DNA of 64,000 bases from Eledone cirrhosa. Its lineage: Eukaryota. Each line of letters opens with the position of its first letter. The first letter of the stretch is position 1. Below the pieces are notes generated by a model, which saw nothing but the letters and a program-made list of their open reading frames with translations, made no database searches and was not told the DNA's origin. The DNA lies in contig OZ024740.1 of the NCBI GenBank assembly GCA_964016885.1, positions 401,388,001 through 401,452,000 on the forward strand, written 5' to 3'. The position numbers and the translations under genes were made by a program. This document shows positions 29,351 to 45,900 of this stretch, piece after piece.

Positions 29351-32300
29351 GAACGCTATGTAGAATCAGTAAGTATAGAACACTATGTAGAATCAGTACA
29401 GTATAGAACACTATGTAGAATCAGTACAACATAGAACACTATGTAGAATCAGTACAGTATAGACTACTATGCAGAATCAGTACAGTATAGAACACTATGT
29501 AGAATCAGTACAACATAGAAAACTATGTATAATCAGTACAGTATAGAACACTATGTAGAATCACTAAAACATTGAACACTATGTAGAATCAACACAACAT
29601 AGAACACAATGTAGAATCACTACACTATAGAACACTATGTAGAATCAGTACAACATAGAACACTATTTAGAATCAGCACAACATAGAACACTATGTAGAA
29701 TCAATACAATAAAGAACACTATGTAGAATCAGTACAGTATAGAACACTTAGTAGAATCAGTACAGTATAGAACACTATGTAGAATCACTAAAACATTGAA
29801 CACTATGTAGAATCAACACAACATAGAACATTATGTATAATCAGTACATCATATAACACTATGAAGAATCAGTACAGTATAGAACACAATGTAGAATCAG
29901 TACAGTATAGACTACTATGCAGAATCAGTACAGTATAGAACACTATGTAGATTCAGTACAACATAGAACATTATGTATAATCAGTACATCATATAACACT
30001 ATGAAGAATCAGTACAGTATAGAACACAATGTAGAATCAGTACAGTATAGACTACTATGCAGAATCAGTACAGTATAGAACACTATGTAGATTCAGTACA
30101 ACATAGAACACTATGTAGAATCAGTACAACATAGAATACTATGTAGAATCAGTACAGTATAGAACACTATGTAGAATCACTACAGTAGAGAGCACTATGT
30201 AGAATCAGTACAGTATAGAACACTATGTAGAATCAGTACAGTAAAGAACACTATGTAGAATCAGTACAGTAGAGAGCACTATGTAGAATCAGTTCAGTAT
30301 AGAATACTATGTAGAATCAGTAGAATATATAACACTATGTAGAATCAGTACATTAGAGAGCACTATGTAGAATCAGTACAGCATAGTACACTATGTAGAT
30401 TCAGTACAGTATAGAACACTATGTAGAATCAGTACAACATAGAACACAATGTAGATTCAGTACAGTATAGAACACTATGTAGAATCAGTACAATATAGAA
30501 CATTATGCAGAATCAGTAGAGTATAGAACACTGTGTAGAATGAGTACACCATAGAACACTATGTAGAATCAGTACAGTATAGAACACTATGTAGAATCAG
30601 CACAGGATAGAACACTATGTAGAATCAATACAAAAAAGAACACTATGTAGAATTAGTACAGTATAGAACACTATGTAGAATCAGTACAGTATAGAACACT
30701 ATGTATAATCAGTACATCATAGAACACTATGTAGAATCAGTACAGTATAGAATACTATGTAGAATCAGTACAGTATAGAACACTATGTAGATTCAGTACA
30801 GTATACAACACTATGTAGAATCAGTACAACATAGAACATTATGCAGAATCAGTACAGTATAGAACACTATGTAGAATCAGTACAGTATAGAACACTATGT
30901 AGAATCAGTACAGTATAGAACACTATGAAGAATCAGAACACTATAGAACACTATATAGAATCAGTACAGTATAGAACACTATGTAGAATCAGTACAGTAT
31001 AGGACACTATGTAGGATCAGAACACTATAGAACACTATGCAAAATCGGTACAACATAGAACACTATGTAGAATCAATACAACATAGAACACTATGTACAA
31101 TCAGTACAGTAGAGAGCACTATGTAGAATCAGTACAACATAGAACACTATGTAGAATCAGCACAACATAAAAAACTATGTAGATTCAATACAACATAGAA
31201 CACTATGTAGAATCAGTACAACATAGAACACTATGTAGAATCAGTACAGTATAGAACACTATGTAGATTCAGTACAGTAGAGAACACTATGTAGAATCAG
31301 TACTGTATAGAACGCTATGTAGAATCAGTACAACATAGAACACTATTTAGAATATGTGCATCATAGAACACTATGTAGAATCAGTACAGTAGAGAACACT
31401 ATGTAGAATCAGTACAGTATATAACACTATGTAGAATCAGTACAACATAGAACACTATGTATAATCAGTACTGTGTAGAACACTATGTAAAATCAGTACA
31501 ACATAGAACACTATGTAGAATCAGTACAACATAGAACACTATGTAGATTCAGTACAGTATAGAACACTATGTAGAATCAGTACAACATAGAACATTATGT
31601 AGAAAAAGTAGATCATAGAAGACTATGTAGAATCAGTACAGTAGAGAGCACTATGTAGAATCAGTACAACATAGAACACTATGTAGAATATGTGCATCAT
31701 AGAACACTATGTAGAATCAGTACAGTAGAGAACTCTATGTAGAATCAGTACAACATAGAACACTATGTAGAATCAGTACAACATAGAACACTATGTAGAA
31801 TCAGTACAACATAGAACAATATGTAGAATCAGTACAACATAGAACACCCTGTAGAATCAACTCAACATAGAACATTACGTAGAATCAGTACAACATAGAA
31901 CACTATGTAGAATCAGTACAGTATAGAACAATATGTAGAATCAGTACAGTATAGAACACTATGTAGAATCAGTACAATATATAACACTATGTATAATCAG
32001 TACAGTATAGACCACTATGTAGAATCACTAAAACATTGAACACTATGTAGAATCAACTCAACATAGAACACTATGTAGAATCAGTACACTATAGAACACT
32101 ATGTAGAATCAGTACAACATAGAACACTATGTAGAATCAGTACAACATAGAACACTATGTAGAATCAGTACAATATAGAACACTATGTAGAATCAGCACA
32201 TCATAGAACACTATGTAGAATCAGTACAGTATAGAACACTATGTAGAATCAGTACAACATAGAACACTATGTAGAATCAGTACAGTATAGACTACTATGC

Positions 32301-35300
32301 AGAATCAGTACAGTATAGAACACTATTTAGAATCAGTACAACATAGAACACTATGTATAATCAGTACAGTATAGACCACTATGTAGCATCACTAAAACAT
32401 TGAACACTATGTAGAATCAACACAACATAGAACACAATGTAGAATCACAAAACTATAGAACACTATGTAGAATCTGTACAACATAGAACGCTATTTAGAA
32501 TCAGCACAACATAGAACACTATGTAGAATCAGTACAGTATAGAACACTATGTAGAATCAGTACAGTATAGAACACTTAGTAGAATCAGTACATTATAGAA
32601 CACTATGTAGAATATGTGCATCATAGAACACTATGTAGAATCACTACAGTATAGAACACTATGTAGAATCAGTACAACATAGAACACTATGTAGAATCAG
32701 TACAGTATAGACTGCTATGCAGAATCAGTACAGTATAAAACACTATGTAGAATCAGTACAACATAGAACACTATGTAAATTCAGTACAACATAGAACACT
32801 ATGTAGAATCAGTACAGTATAGAACACTATGTAGAATCAGTACAACATAGAACATTATGTATAATCAGTACATCATAGAACACTATGTAGAATCAGTACA
32901 TTATAGAACACTATGTAGAATCAGTACAGTATAGAACACTATGTAGAATCAGTACAGTATAGAACACTATGTAGAATCAGTACAGTATAGAACACTATAT
33001 AGAATATGTGCATCATAGAACACTATGTATAATCTGTACAGTAGAGAACACTATGTAGAGTCAGTACAGTAGAGAACACTATGTAGAATCAGTACAGTAT
33101 AGACTACTATGCAGAATCAGTACAGTATAGAACACTATGTAGAATCAGTACAACATAGAACACAATGTAGAATCAGTACAGTATAGAACACTATGTAGAA
33201 TCAATACAACATAGAACACTATGTAGAATTAGTACAGTATAGAAAACTATGTAGATTCAGTACACCATAGAACGCTATGTAGAATCAGTACAACATAGAA
33301 CACTATGTAGAATCAGCACAGGATAGAACACTATGTAGAATCAATACAAAAAAGAACACTATGTAGAATTAGTACAGTATAGAACACTATGTAGAATCAG
33401 TACAGTATAGAACACTATGTATAATCAGTACATCATAGAACACTATGTAGAATCAGTACAGTATAGAATACTATGTAGAATCAGTACAGTATAGAACACT
33501 ATGTAGATTCAGTACAGTATACAACACTATGTAGAATCAGTACAACATAGAACATTATGCAGAATCAGTACAGTATAGAACACTATGTAGAATCAGTACA
33601 GTATAGAACACTATGTAGAATCAGTACAGTATAGAACACTATGAAGAATCAGAACAGTATAGAACACTATATAGAATCAGTACAGTATAGAACACTATGT
33701 AGAATCAGTACAGTATAGGACACTATGTAGGATCAGAACACTATAGAACACTATGCAAAATCGGTACAACATAGAACACTATGTAGAATCAATACAACAT
33801 AGAACACTATGTAGAATCAGTACAGTAGAGAGCACTATGTAGAATCAGTACAACATAGAACACTATGTAGAATCAGCACAACATAAAAAACTATGTAGAT
33901 TCAATACAACATAGAACACTATGTAGAATCAGTACAACATAGACCACTATGTAGAATCAGTACTGTATAGAACACTATGTAGAATCAGTACAACATAGAA
34001 CACTATGTAGAATCAGTACAGTATAGAACACTATGTAGATTCAGTACAGTAGAGAACACTATGTAGAATCAGTACTGTATAGAACGCTATGTAGAATCAG
34101 TACAACATAGAACACTATTTAGAATCTGTGCATCATAGAACACTATGTAGAATCAGTACAGTAGAGAACACTATGTAGAATCAGTACAGTATATAACACT
34201 ATGTAGAATCAGTACAACATAGAACACTATGTATAATCAGTACTGTGTAGAACACTATGTAAAATCAGTACAACATAGAACACTATGTAGAATCAGTACA
34301 ACATAGAACACTATGTAGATTCAGTACAGTATAGAACACTATGTAGAATCAGTACAACATAGAACATTATGTAGAAAAAGTAGATCATAGAAGACTATGT
34401 AGAATCAGTACAGTAGAGAGCACTATGTAGAATCAGTACAACATAGAACACTATGTAGAATATGTGCATCATAGAACACTATGTAGAATCAGTACAGTAG
34501 AGAACACTATGTAGAATCAGTACAACATAGAACACTATGTAGAATCAGTACAACATAGAACACTATGTAGAATCAGTACAACATAGAACAATATGTAGAA
34601 TCAGTACAACATAGAACACCCTGTAGAATCAACTCAACATAGAACATTACGTAGAATCAGTACAACATAGAACACTATGTAGAATCAGTACAGTATAGAA
34701 CAATATGTAGAATCAGTACAGTATAGAACACTATGTAGAATCAGTACAATATATAACACTATGTATAATCAGTACAGTATAGACCACTATGTAGAATCAC
34801 TAAAACATTGAACACTATGTAGAATCAACTCAACATAGAACACTATGTAGAATCAGTACACTATAGAACACTATGTAGAATCAGTACAACATAGAACACT
34901 ATGTAGAATCAGTACAACATAGAACACTATGTAGAATCAGTACAATATAGAACACTATGTAGAATCAGCACATCATAGAACACTATGTAGAATCAGTACA
35001 GTATAGAACACTATGTAGAATCAGTACAACATAGAACACTATGTAGAATCAGTACAGTATAGACTACTATGCAGAATCAGTACAGTATAGAACACTATTT
35101 AGAATCAGTACAACATAGAACACTATGTATAATCAGTACAGTATAGACCACTATGTAGCATCACTAAAACATTGAACACTATGTAGAATCAACACAACAT
35201 AGAACACAATGTAGAATCACAAAACTATAGAACACTATGTAGAATCTGTACAACATAGAACGCTATTTAGAATCAGCACAACATAGAACACTATGTAGAA

Positions 35301-36700
35301 TCAGTACAGTATAGAACACTATGTAGAATCAGTACAGTATAGAACACTTAGTAGAATCAGTACATTATAGAACACTATGTAGAATATGTGCATCATAGAA
35401 CACTATGTAGAATCACTACAGTATAGAACACTATGTAGAATCAGTACAACATAGAACGCTATGTAGAATCAGTAAGTATAGAACACTAAGTAGAATCTGT
35501 ACAGTATAGAACACTATGTAGAATCAGTACAACATAGAACACTATGTAGAATCAGTACAGTATAGACTACTATGCAGAATCAGTACAGTATAGAACACTA
35601 TGTAGAATCAGTACAACATAGAGCACTATGTATAATCAGTACAGTATAGAACACTATGTAGAATCACTAAAACATTGAACACTATGTAGAATCAACACAA
35701 CATAGAACACAATGTAGAATCACTACACTATAGAACACTATGTAGAATCAGTACAACATAGAACACTATTTAGAATCAGCACAACATAGAACACTATGTA
35801 GAATCAATACAATAAAGAACACTATGTAGAATCAGTACAGTATAGAACACTTAGTAGAATCAGTACAGTATAGAACACTATGTAGAATCACTAAAACATT
35901 GAACACTATGTAGAATCAACACAACATAGAACATTATGTATAATCAGTACATCATATAACACTATGAAGAATCAGTACAGTATAGAACACAATGTAGAAT
36001 CAGTACAGTATAGACTACTATGCAGAATCAGTACAGTATAGAACACTATGTAGATTCAGTACAACATAGAACATTATGTATAATCAGTACATCATATAAC
36101 ACTATGAAGAATCAGTACAGTATAGAACACAATGTAGAATCAGTACAGTATAGACTACTATGCAGAATCAGTACAGTATAGAACACTATGTAGATTCAGT
36201 ACAACATAGAACACTATGTAGAATCAGTACAACATAGAATACTATGTAGAATCAGTACAGTATAGAACACTATGTAGAATCACTACAGTAGAGAGCACTA
36301 TGTAGAATCAGTACAGTATAGAACACTATGTAGAATCAGTACAGTAAAGAACACTATGTAGAATCAGTACAGTAGAGAGCACTATGTAGAATCAGTTCAG
36401 TATAGAATACTATGTAGAATCAGTAGAATATATAACACTATGTAGAATCAGTACATTAGAGAGCACTATGTAGAATCAGTACAGCATAGTACACTATGTA
36501 GATTCAGTACAGTATAGAACACTATGTAGAATCAGTACAACATAGAACACAATGTAGATTCAGTACAGTATAGAACACTATGTAGAATCAGTACAATATA
36601 GAACATTATGCAGAATCAGTAGAGTATAGAACACTGTGTAGAATGAGTACACCATAGAACACTATGTAGAATCAGTACAGTATAGAACACTATGTAGAAT
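24480..36700. repeat. Near-identical tandem duplication, period 6103 bp (218 monomers minus 1 bp); junction ~30590
   Basis: CACAGG 24498/30601, GTAGATC 25505/31608 and 28277/34380, and TGAGTACACC 30541/36644 are all offset by 6103. Confidence 0.93.
29821..30100. repeat. Five-monomer (140 bp) tandem duplication, recopied at ~35924-36203
   Basis: The run ACATTATGTATAA...ATATAACACTATGAAG...ACACAATG...GACTACTATGC...AGATTC starts at 29821 and again at 29961. Confidence 0.9.
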
Positions 36701-38229
36701 TAGTACAGTATAGAACACTATGTAGGATCAGAACACTATAGAACACTATGTAAAATCACTACACCATAGAACACTATGTAGAATCAGTACAGTATAGAGC
36801 ACTATGTAGAATCAGTACAACATAGAACACTATGTAGAATCAGCACAACATAGAACACTATGTAGAATCAATACAACATAGAACACTATGTAGAATCAGT
36901 ACAGTAGAGAGCACTATGTAGAATCAGTACAACATAGAACACTATGTAGCATCAGCGCAACATAGAAAACTATGTAGAATCAATACAAAATAGAACACTA
37001 TGTATAATCAGTACAACATAGAACACTATGTAGAATCAGTACAGTATAGAACACTATGTAGAATCAGTACAACATAGAACACTATGTAGAATCAGTACAG
37101 TATAAACTATTATGCAGAATCAGTGCAGTATAGAACACTATGTAGAATCAGAACAACATAGAACACTATGTAGAATCAACACAACATAGAACACTGTGTA
37201 GAATCCGCACAACATAGAATACTATGTAGAATCAGTACAGTATAGAACACTATGTAGAATCAGTACAGTATAGAACACTATGTAGAATCAGTACAGTATA
37301 GAACACTATGTAGAATCAGTACAGCATAGAACACTATGTAGAATCTGTGCATTATAGAACACTATGTAGAATCAGTACAATATAGAACACTATGTAGAAT
37401 CAGTAAGTATAGAACACTATGTAGAATCAGTACAGTATAGAACACTATGCAGAATATGTGCAGTATAGAACACTATGTAGAATCAGTACAACATAGAACA
37501 CTATGTACAATCAAAACAACATAGAACACTATGTAGAATACGCACAATATAGGACAATATGTAGAATCAGTACAGTATAGAACACTATGTAGAATCAGCA
37601 CAACATAAAAAAACTATGTAGAATCAATACAACATAGACCATTATGTAGAATCAGTACTCTATAGAACACTATGTAGAATCAGTACAACATAGAACACTA
37701 TGTAAAATCAGTACAGTATAGATCACTATGTAGATTCAGTAAAGTATAGAACACTATGTAGAATCAGTACAATATAGAACACTATGTAGAATCAGTACAG
37801 TATAGAACACTATGTAGAATCAATACAAATAGAACACTATGTATAATCAGTACAACATAGACCACTATGTAGAATCAGTACAGTAGAGAACACTATGTAG
37901 AATCAGTACAGTATATAACACTATGTAGAATCAGTACAACATAGAACACTATGTAGAATCAGTACAGTATATAACACTATGTAGAATCAGTACAACATAG
38001 AACACTATGTATAATCAGTACTGTATAGAACACTATGTAAAATCAGTACAACATACAACACTATGTAGAATCAGTACAACATAGAACACTATGCAGAATC
38101 AGTACAGTATAGAACACTATGTAGAATCAGTACAACATAGAACACAATGTAGTATATGTGCATCATAGAACACTATGTAGAATCAGTACAGTAGAGAACA
38201 CTATGTAGAATCAGTACAACATAGAACAC

Positions 38230-39980
38230 TATGTAGAATCAGCACATCATAGAACACTATGTAGAATCAGTACAACATAGAACACTATGTAGAATCAGTA
38301 CAGTATAGACTACTATGCAGAATCTACAGTATAGAACACTATGTAGAATCTGTACAACATAGAACACTATGTATAATCAGTACAGTATAGACCACTATGT
38401 AGAATCACTAAAACATTGAACACTATGTAGAATCAACACAACATAGAACACAATGTAGAATCACTAAACTATAGAACACTATGTAGAATCAGTACAACAT
38501 AGAACGCTATTTAGAATCAGCACAACATAGAACACTATGTAGAATCAATACAACATAGAACACTATGTAGAATCAGTACAACATAGAACACTATGTAGAA
38601 TCAGTACAGTATAGAACACTATGTAGAATCAGTACAACATAGAACATTATGTATAATCAGTACATCATATAACACTATGTAGAATCAGTACAGTATAGAA
38701 CACTATGTAGAATCAGTACAGTATAGAACACTAAGTAGAATCAGTACATTATAGAACACTATGTAGAATATGTGCATCATAGAACACTATGTAGAATCAA
38801 TACAGTATAGAACACTATGTAGAATCAGTAGAACATAGAACACTATGTAGAATCAGTAAGTATAGAACACTATGTAGAATCAGTACAGTATAGAACACTA
38901 TGTAGAATCAGTACAACATAGAACATTATTTATAATCAGTACATAATATAACACTATGTAGAATCAGTATAGTATAGAACACTATGTAGAATCAGTACAG
39001 TATAGACTACTATGCAGAATCAGTACAGTATAGAACACTATGTAGAACCAGTACAACATAGAACACTATGTAGAATCAGTACAACATAGAACACTATGTA
39101 GAATCAGTACAACATAGAACACTATGTAGAATCAGCACAGCATAGAACACTATGTAGAATCAGTACAACATAGAACACTATGTAGAATCAGTACAGTATA
39201 GACTACTATGCAGAATCTACAGTATAGAACACTATGTAGAATCAGTACAACATAGAACACTATGTATAATCAGTACAGTATAGACCACTATGTAGAATCA
39301 CTAAAACATTGAACACTATGAAGAATCAACACAACATAGAACACAATGTAGAATCACTAAACTATAGAACACTATGTAGAATCTGTACAACATAGAACGC
39401 TATTTAGAATCAGCACAACATAGAACTCTATGTAGAATCAATAGTACATAGAACACTATGTAGAATCAATACAACATAGAACACTATGTAGAATCAGTAC
39501 AGTATAGAACACTATGTAGAATCAGTACAACATAGAACATTATGTATAATCAGTACATCATATAACACTATGTAGAATCAGTACAGTATAGAACACTATG
39601 TAGAATCAGTACAGTATAGAACACTAAGTAGTATCAGTACATTATAGAACACTATGTAGAATATGTGCATCATAGAACACTATGTAGAATCAATACAGTA
39701 TAGAACACTATGTAGAATCAGTACAACATAGAACACTATGTAGAATCAGTAAGTATAGAACACTATGTAGAATCAGTACAGTATAGAACACTATGTAGAA
39801 TCAGTACAACATAGAACATTATTTATAATCAGTACATCATATAACACTATGTAGAATCTGTTCAGTATAGAACACTATGTAGAATCAGTACAGTATAGAC
39901 TACTATGCAGAATCAGTACAGTATAGAACACTATGTAGAACCAGTACAACATAGAACACTATGTAGAATCAGTACAGTAG
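38230..39980. repeat. Tandem duplication, period 893 bp (32 monomers minus 3 bp)
   Basis: 2-bp deletion monomer AATCTACAGT 38321/39214, CTAAGTAG 38731/39624 and AGAACCAG 39044/39937. Confidence 0.88.
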
Positions 39981-42900
39981 AGAGCACTATGTAGAATCAG
40001 TTCAGTATATAACACTATGTAGAATCAGTACAGTATAGAACAATATGTAGAATCAGAACACTATAGAACACTATATAGAATCAGTACAGTAGAGAGCACT
40101 ATGTAGAATCAGTACAACATAGAACACTATGTAGAATCAGCACAACATAGAAAACTATGTAGAACCAATACAACATAGAACACTATGTAGAATGAGTACA
40201 ACATAGACCACTATGTAGAATCAGTACTGTATAGAACACTATGTAGAATCAGTACAACATAGAACACTATGTAGAATCAGTACAGTATAGAACACTATGT
40301 AGATTCAGTACAGTATAGAACATTATGTAGAATCAGTACAGTATAGAACACTATGTAGAATCAGTACAGTATAGAACACTATGTAGAATCAGTACAACAT
40401 AGAACACTATGTAGAATCTGTGCATCATAGAACACTATGTAGAATCAGTACAGTAGAGTACACTATGTTGAATCAGTACAGTATATAACACTATGTAGAA
40501 TCAGTACAACATAGAACACTATGTATAATCAGTACTGTATAGAACACTATGTAAAATCAGTACAACATAGAACACTATGTAGAATCAGTACAACATAGAA
40601 CACTAAGTAGATTCAGTACAGTATAGAACACTATGCAGAATCAGTACAACATAGAACATTATGTAGAAAAAGTAGATCATAGAAGACTATGTAGAATCAG
40701 TACAGTAGAGAGCACTATGTAAAATCAGTACAACATAGAACATTACGTAGAATCAGTACAACATAGAACACTATGTAGAATCAGCACAGTATAGAACACT
40801 ATGTAGAATCACTAAAACATTGAACACTATGTAGAATCAACACAACATAGAACGCTATGTAGAATCAGTACACTATAGAACACTATGTAGAATCAGTACA
40901 ACATAGAACACTATTTAGAATCAGTACAACATAGAACACTATGTAGAATCAGTACAACATTGAACACTATGTAGAATCAGCACAGCATAGAACACTATGT
41001 AGAATCAGTACAGTATAGAACACTATGTAGAATCAGTACAACATAGAACACTATGTAGAATCAGTATAGTATAGACTACTATGGAGAATCAGTTAAGTAT
41101 AGAACACTATGTAGAATCAGTACAACATAGAACACTATGTAGAATCAGTACAGTATAGTACACTATGTAGAATCAGTACAGTATAGAACACTATGTAGAA
41201 TCAGTACGTTATAGAACACTATGTAGAATATGTGCATCATAGAACACTATGTAAAATCAGTACAGTAGAGAACACTATGTAGAATCACTACAGTATAAAC
41301 ACTATTTAGAATCAGTACAATATAGAACACTATGTAGAATCAGTAAGTATAGAACACTATATAGAATCAGTACAGTATAGAACGCTATGTAGAATCAGTA
41401 CAACATAGAACACTATGTAGAATCAGTACAGTATAGACTACTATGCAGAATCAGTACAGTATAGAACACTATGTAGTATCAGTACAACATAGAACACTAT
41501 GTATAATCAGTACAGTATAGACCACTATGTAGAATCACTAAAACATTGAACACTATGTAGAATCAACACAACATAGAACACAATGTAGAATCACTACACT
41601 ATAGAACACTATGTAGAATCAGTACAACATAGAACACTATTTAGAATCAGCACAACATAGAACACTATGTAGAATCAATACAACATAGAACACTATGTAG
41701 AATCAGTACAACATAGAACACTATGTAGAACCAGTACACTATAGAACACTATGTAGAATCAGTACAAGATAGAACTTTATGTATAATCAGTACAACATAT
41801 AACACTATGTAGAATCAGTACAGTATAGAACACTATGTAGAATCAGTACAGTATAGAACACGATGTAGAATCAGTACATTATAGAACACTATGTAGAATA
41901 TGTGCATCATAGAACACTATGTAGAATCAGTACAGTAGAGAGCACTATGTAGAATCAGTTCAGTATATAACACTATGTAGAATCAGTACAGTAGAGAGCA
42001 CTATGTAGAATCAGTACAGCATAGAACACTATGTATATTCAGTACAGTATAGAACACTATGTAGAATCAGTACAACATAGAACACTATGTAGAATCAGTA
42101 CACTATAGAACACTATGTAGAATCAGTACAACATAGAACATTATTTATAATCAGTACATCATATAACACTATGTAGAATCAGTACAGTATAGAACACTAT
42201 GTAGAATCAGTACAGTATAGACTACTATGCAGAATCAGTACAGTATAGAACACTATGTAGAACCAGTACAACATAGAACACTATATAGATTCAGTACAGT
42301 AAAGAGCACTATGTATAATCAGTTCAGTATATAACACTATGTAGAATCAGTACAACATAGAACATTATGTAGAATCAGTACAGTATAGAACACTATGTAG
42401 ATTCAGTACAGTATAGAACACTATGTAAAATCAGTACAACATAGAACACTATGTAGAATCTGTGCATCATAGAACACTATGTAGAATCAGTACAGTAGAG
42501 TACACTATGTAGAATCAGTACAGTATATAACACTATGTAGAATCAGTACAACATAGAACACTATGTATAATCAGTACAGTATAGAACACTATGCAGAATC
42601 AGTACAACATAGAACATTATGTAGAAAAAGTAGATCATAGAAGACTATGTAGAATCAGTACAGTAGAGAGCACTATGTAAAATCAGTACAACATAGAACA
42701 TTACGTAGAATCAGTACAACATAGAACACTATGTAGAATCAGTACAGTATAGAACACTATGTAGAATCAGTACAGTATAGACCACTATGTAGAATCACTA
42801 AAACATTGAACACTATGTAGAATCAACACAACATAGAACACTATGTAGAATCAGTACACTATAGAACACTATGTAGAATCAGTACACCATAGAACACTAT

Positions 42901-45900
42901 TTAGAATCAGTACAACATAGAACACTATGTAGAATCAGTACAACATAGAACACTATGTAGAATCAGCACAGCATAGAACACTATGTAGAATCAGTACAGT
43001 ATAGAACACTATGTAGAATCAGTACAACATAGAACACTATGTAGAATCAGTACAGTATAGACTACTATGCAGAATCAGTTCAGTATAGAACACTATGTAG
43101 AATCAGTACAACATAGAACACTATGTATAATCGGTACAGTATAAACCACTATGTAGAATCACTAAAACATTGAACCCTATGTAGAATCAACAAAACATAG
43201 AACACTATGTAGAATCAATACAACATAGAACACTATGTAGAATCAGTACAACATAGAACACTATGTAGAATCAGTACAGTATAGTACACACTATGTAGAA
43301 TCAGTACAACATAGAACATTATGTATAATCAGTACATCATATAACACTATGTAGAATCAGTACAGTATAGAACACTATGTAGAATCAGTACAGTATAGAA
43401 CACTATGTAGAATCAGTACGTTATAGAACACTATGTAGAATATGTGCATCATAGAACACTATGTAGAATCAGTACAGTAGAGAACACTATGTAGAATCAG
43501 TACAGTATAGACTACTATCCAGAATCATTACAGTATAGAACACTATGTAGAATCACTACAGTATAGAACACTATTTAGAATCAGTACAATATAGAACACT
43601 ATGTAGAATCAGTAAGTATAGAACACTATGTAGAATCAGTACAGTATAGACTACTATGCAGAATCAGTACAGTATAGAACACTATGTATTATCAGTACAA
43701 CATAGAACACTATGTATAATCAGTACAGTATAGACCACTATGTAGAATCACTAAAACATTGAACACTATGTAGAATCAACACAACATAGAACACAATGTA
43801 GAATCACTACACTATAGAACACTATGTAGAATCAGTACAACATAGAACACTATTTAGAATCAGCACAACATAGAACACTATGTAGAATCAATACAACATA
43901 GAACACTATGTAGAATCAGTACAACATAGAACACTATGTAGAATCAGTACACTATAGAACACTATGTAGAATCAGTACAAGATAGAACTTTATGTATAAT
44001 CAGTACAACATATAACACTATGTAGAATCAGTACAGTATAGAACACTATGTAGAATCAGTACAGTATAGAACACGATGTAGAATCAGTACATTATAGAAC
44101 ACTATGTAGAATATGTGCATCATAGAACACTATGTAGAATCAGTACAGTAGAGAGCACTTTGTAGAATCAGTTCAGTATATAACACAATGTAGAATCAGT
44201 ACAGTAGAGAGCACTATGTAGAATCAGTACAGCATAGAACACTATGTATATTCAGTACAGTATAGAACACTATGTAGAATCAGTACAACATAGAACACTA
44301 TGTAGAATCAGTACACTATAGAACACTATGTAGAATCAGTACAACATAGAACATTATTTATAATCAGTACATCATATAACACTATGTAGAATCAGTACAG
44401 TATAGAACACTATGTAGAATCAGTACAGTATAGACTACTATGTAGAATCAGTTCAGTATAAAACACTATGTAGAATCAGTACAGTAGAGAGCACTATGTA
44501 GAATCAGTTCAGTATATAACACTATGTAGAATCAGTACAGTAGAGAGCACTATGTAGAATCAGTACAGCATAGAACACTATGTAGATTCAGTACAGTATA
44601 GAACACTATGTAGAATCAGTACAACATAGAACAGTATGTAGATTCAGTACAGTATAGAACACTATGTAAAATCAGTACAACATAGAACATTATGCCGAAT
44701 CACTACAGTATAGAACACTATGTACAATCAGTACAACATAGAACACTATGTAGATTCAGTACAGTATAGAACATTATGCAGAATCAGTACAGTATCGAAC
44801 ACTATGTAGAATCAGTACAGTATAGAACACTATGTAGAATCAGTACAGTATAGAACACTATGTAGAATCAGAACACTATAGAACACTATATAGAATCAGT
44901 ACAGTATAGAACACTATGTAGAATCAGTACAGTATAGAACACTATGTAGGATCAGAACACTATAGAACACTATGTAAAATCAGTACAACATAGAACACTA
45001 TGTAGAATCAATACAACATAGAACACTATGTAGAATCAGTACAGTAGAGAGCACTATGTAGAATCAGTACAACATAGAACACTATGTAGAATCATCACAA
45101 CATAGAAAACTATGTAGAACCAATACAACATAGAACACTATGTAGAATGAGTACAACATAGACCACTATGTAGAATCAGTAGTGTATAGAACACAATGTA
45201 GAATCAGTACAGTATAGAACACTATGTAGAATCAGTACAGTATAGAACACTATGTAGAATCAGTACAACATAGAACACTATGTAGAATCTGTGCATCATA
45301 GAACACTATGTAGATTCAGTATAGTATAGAACACCATGCAGAATCAGTACAACATAGAACACTATTTAGAATCAGTACAACATAGAACACTATGTAGAAT
45401 CAGTACAACATAGAACACTATGTAGAATCAGCACAGCATAGAACACTATGTAGAATCAGTACAGTATAGAACACTATGTAGAATCAGTACAACATAGAAC
45501 ACTATGTAGAATCAGTACAGTATAGACTACTATGCAGAATCAGTTCAGTATAGAACACTATGTAGAATCAGTACAACATAGAACACTATGTATAATCAGT
45601 ACAGTATAAACCACTATGTAGAATCACTAAAACATTAAACCCTATGTAGAATCAACACAACATAGAACACTATGTAGAATCAATACAACATAGAACACTA
45701 TGTAGAATCAGTACAACATAGAACACTATGTAGAATCAGTACAGTATAGTACACACTATGAAGACTCAGTACAACATAGAACATTATGTATAATCAGTAC
45801 ATCATATAACACTATGTAGTATCAGTATAGTATAGAACACTATGTAGAATCAGTACAGTATAGAACACTATGTAGAATCAGTACGTTATAGAACACTATG

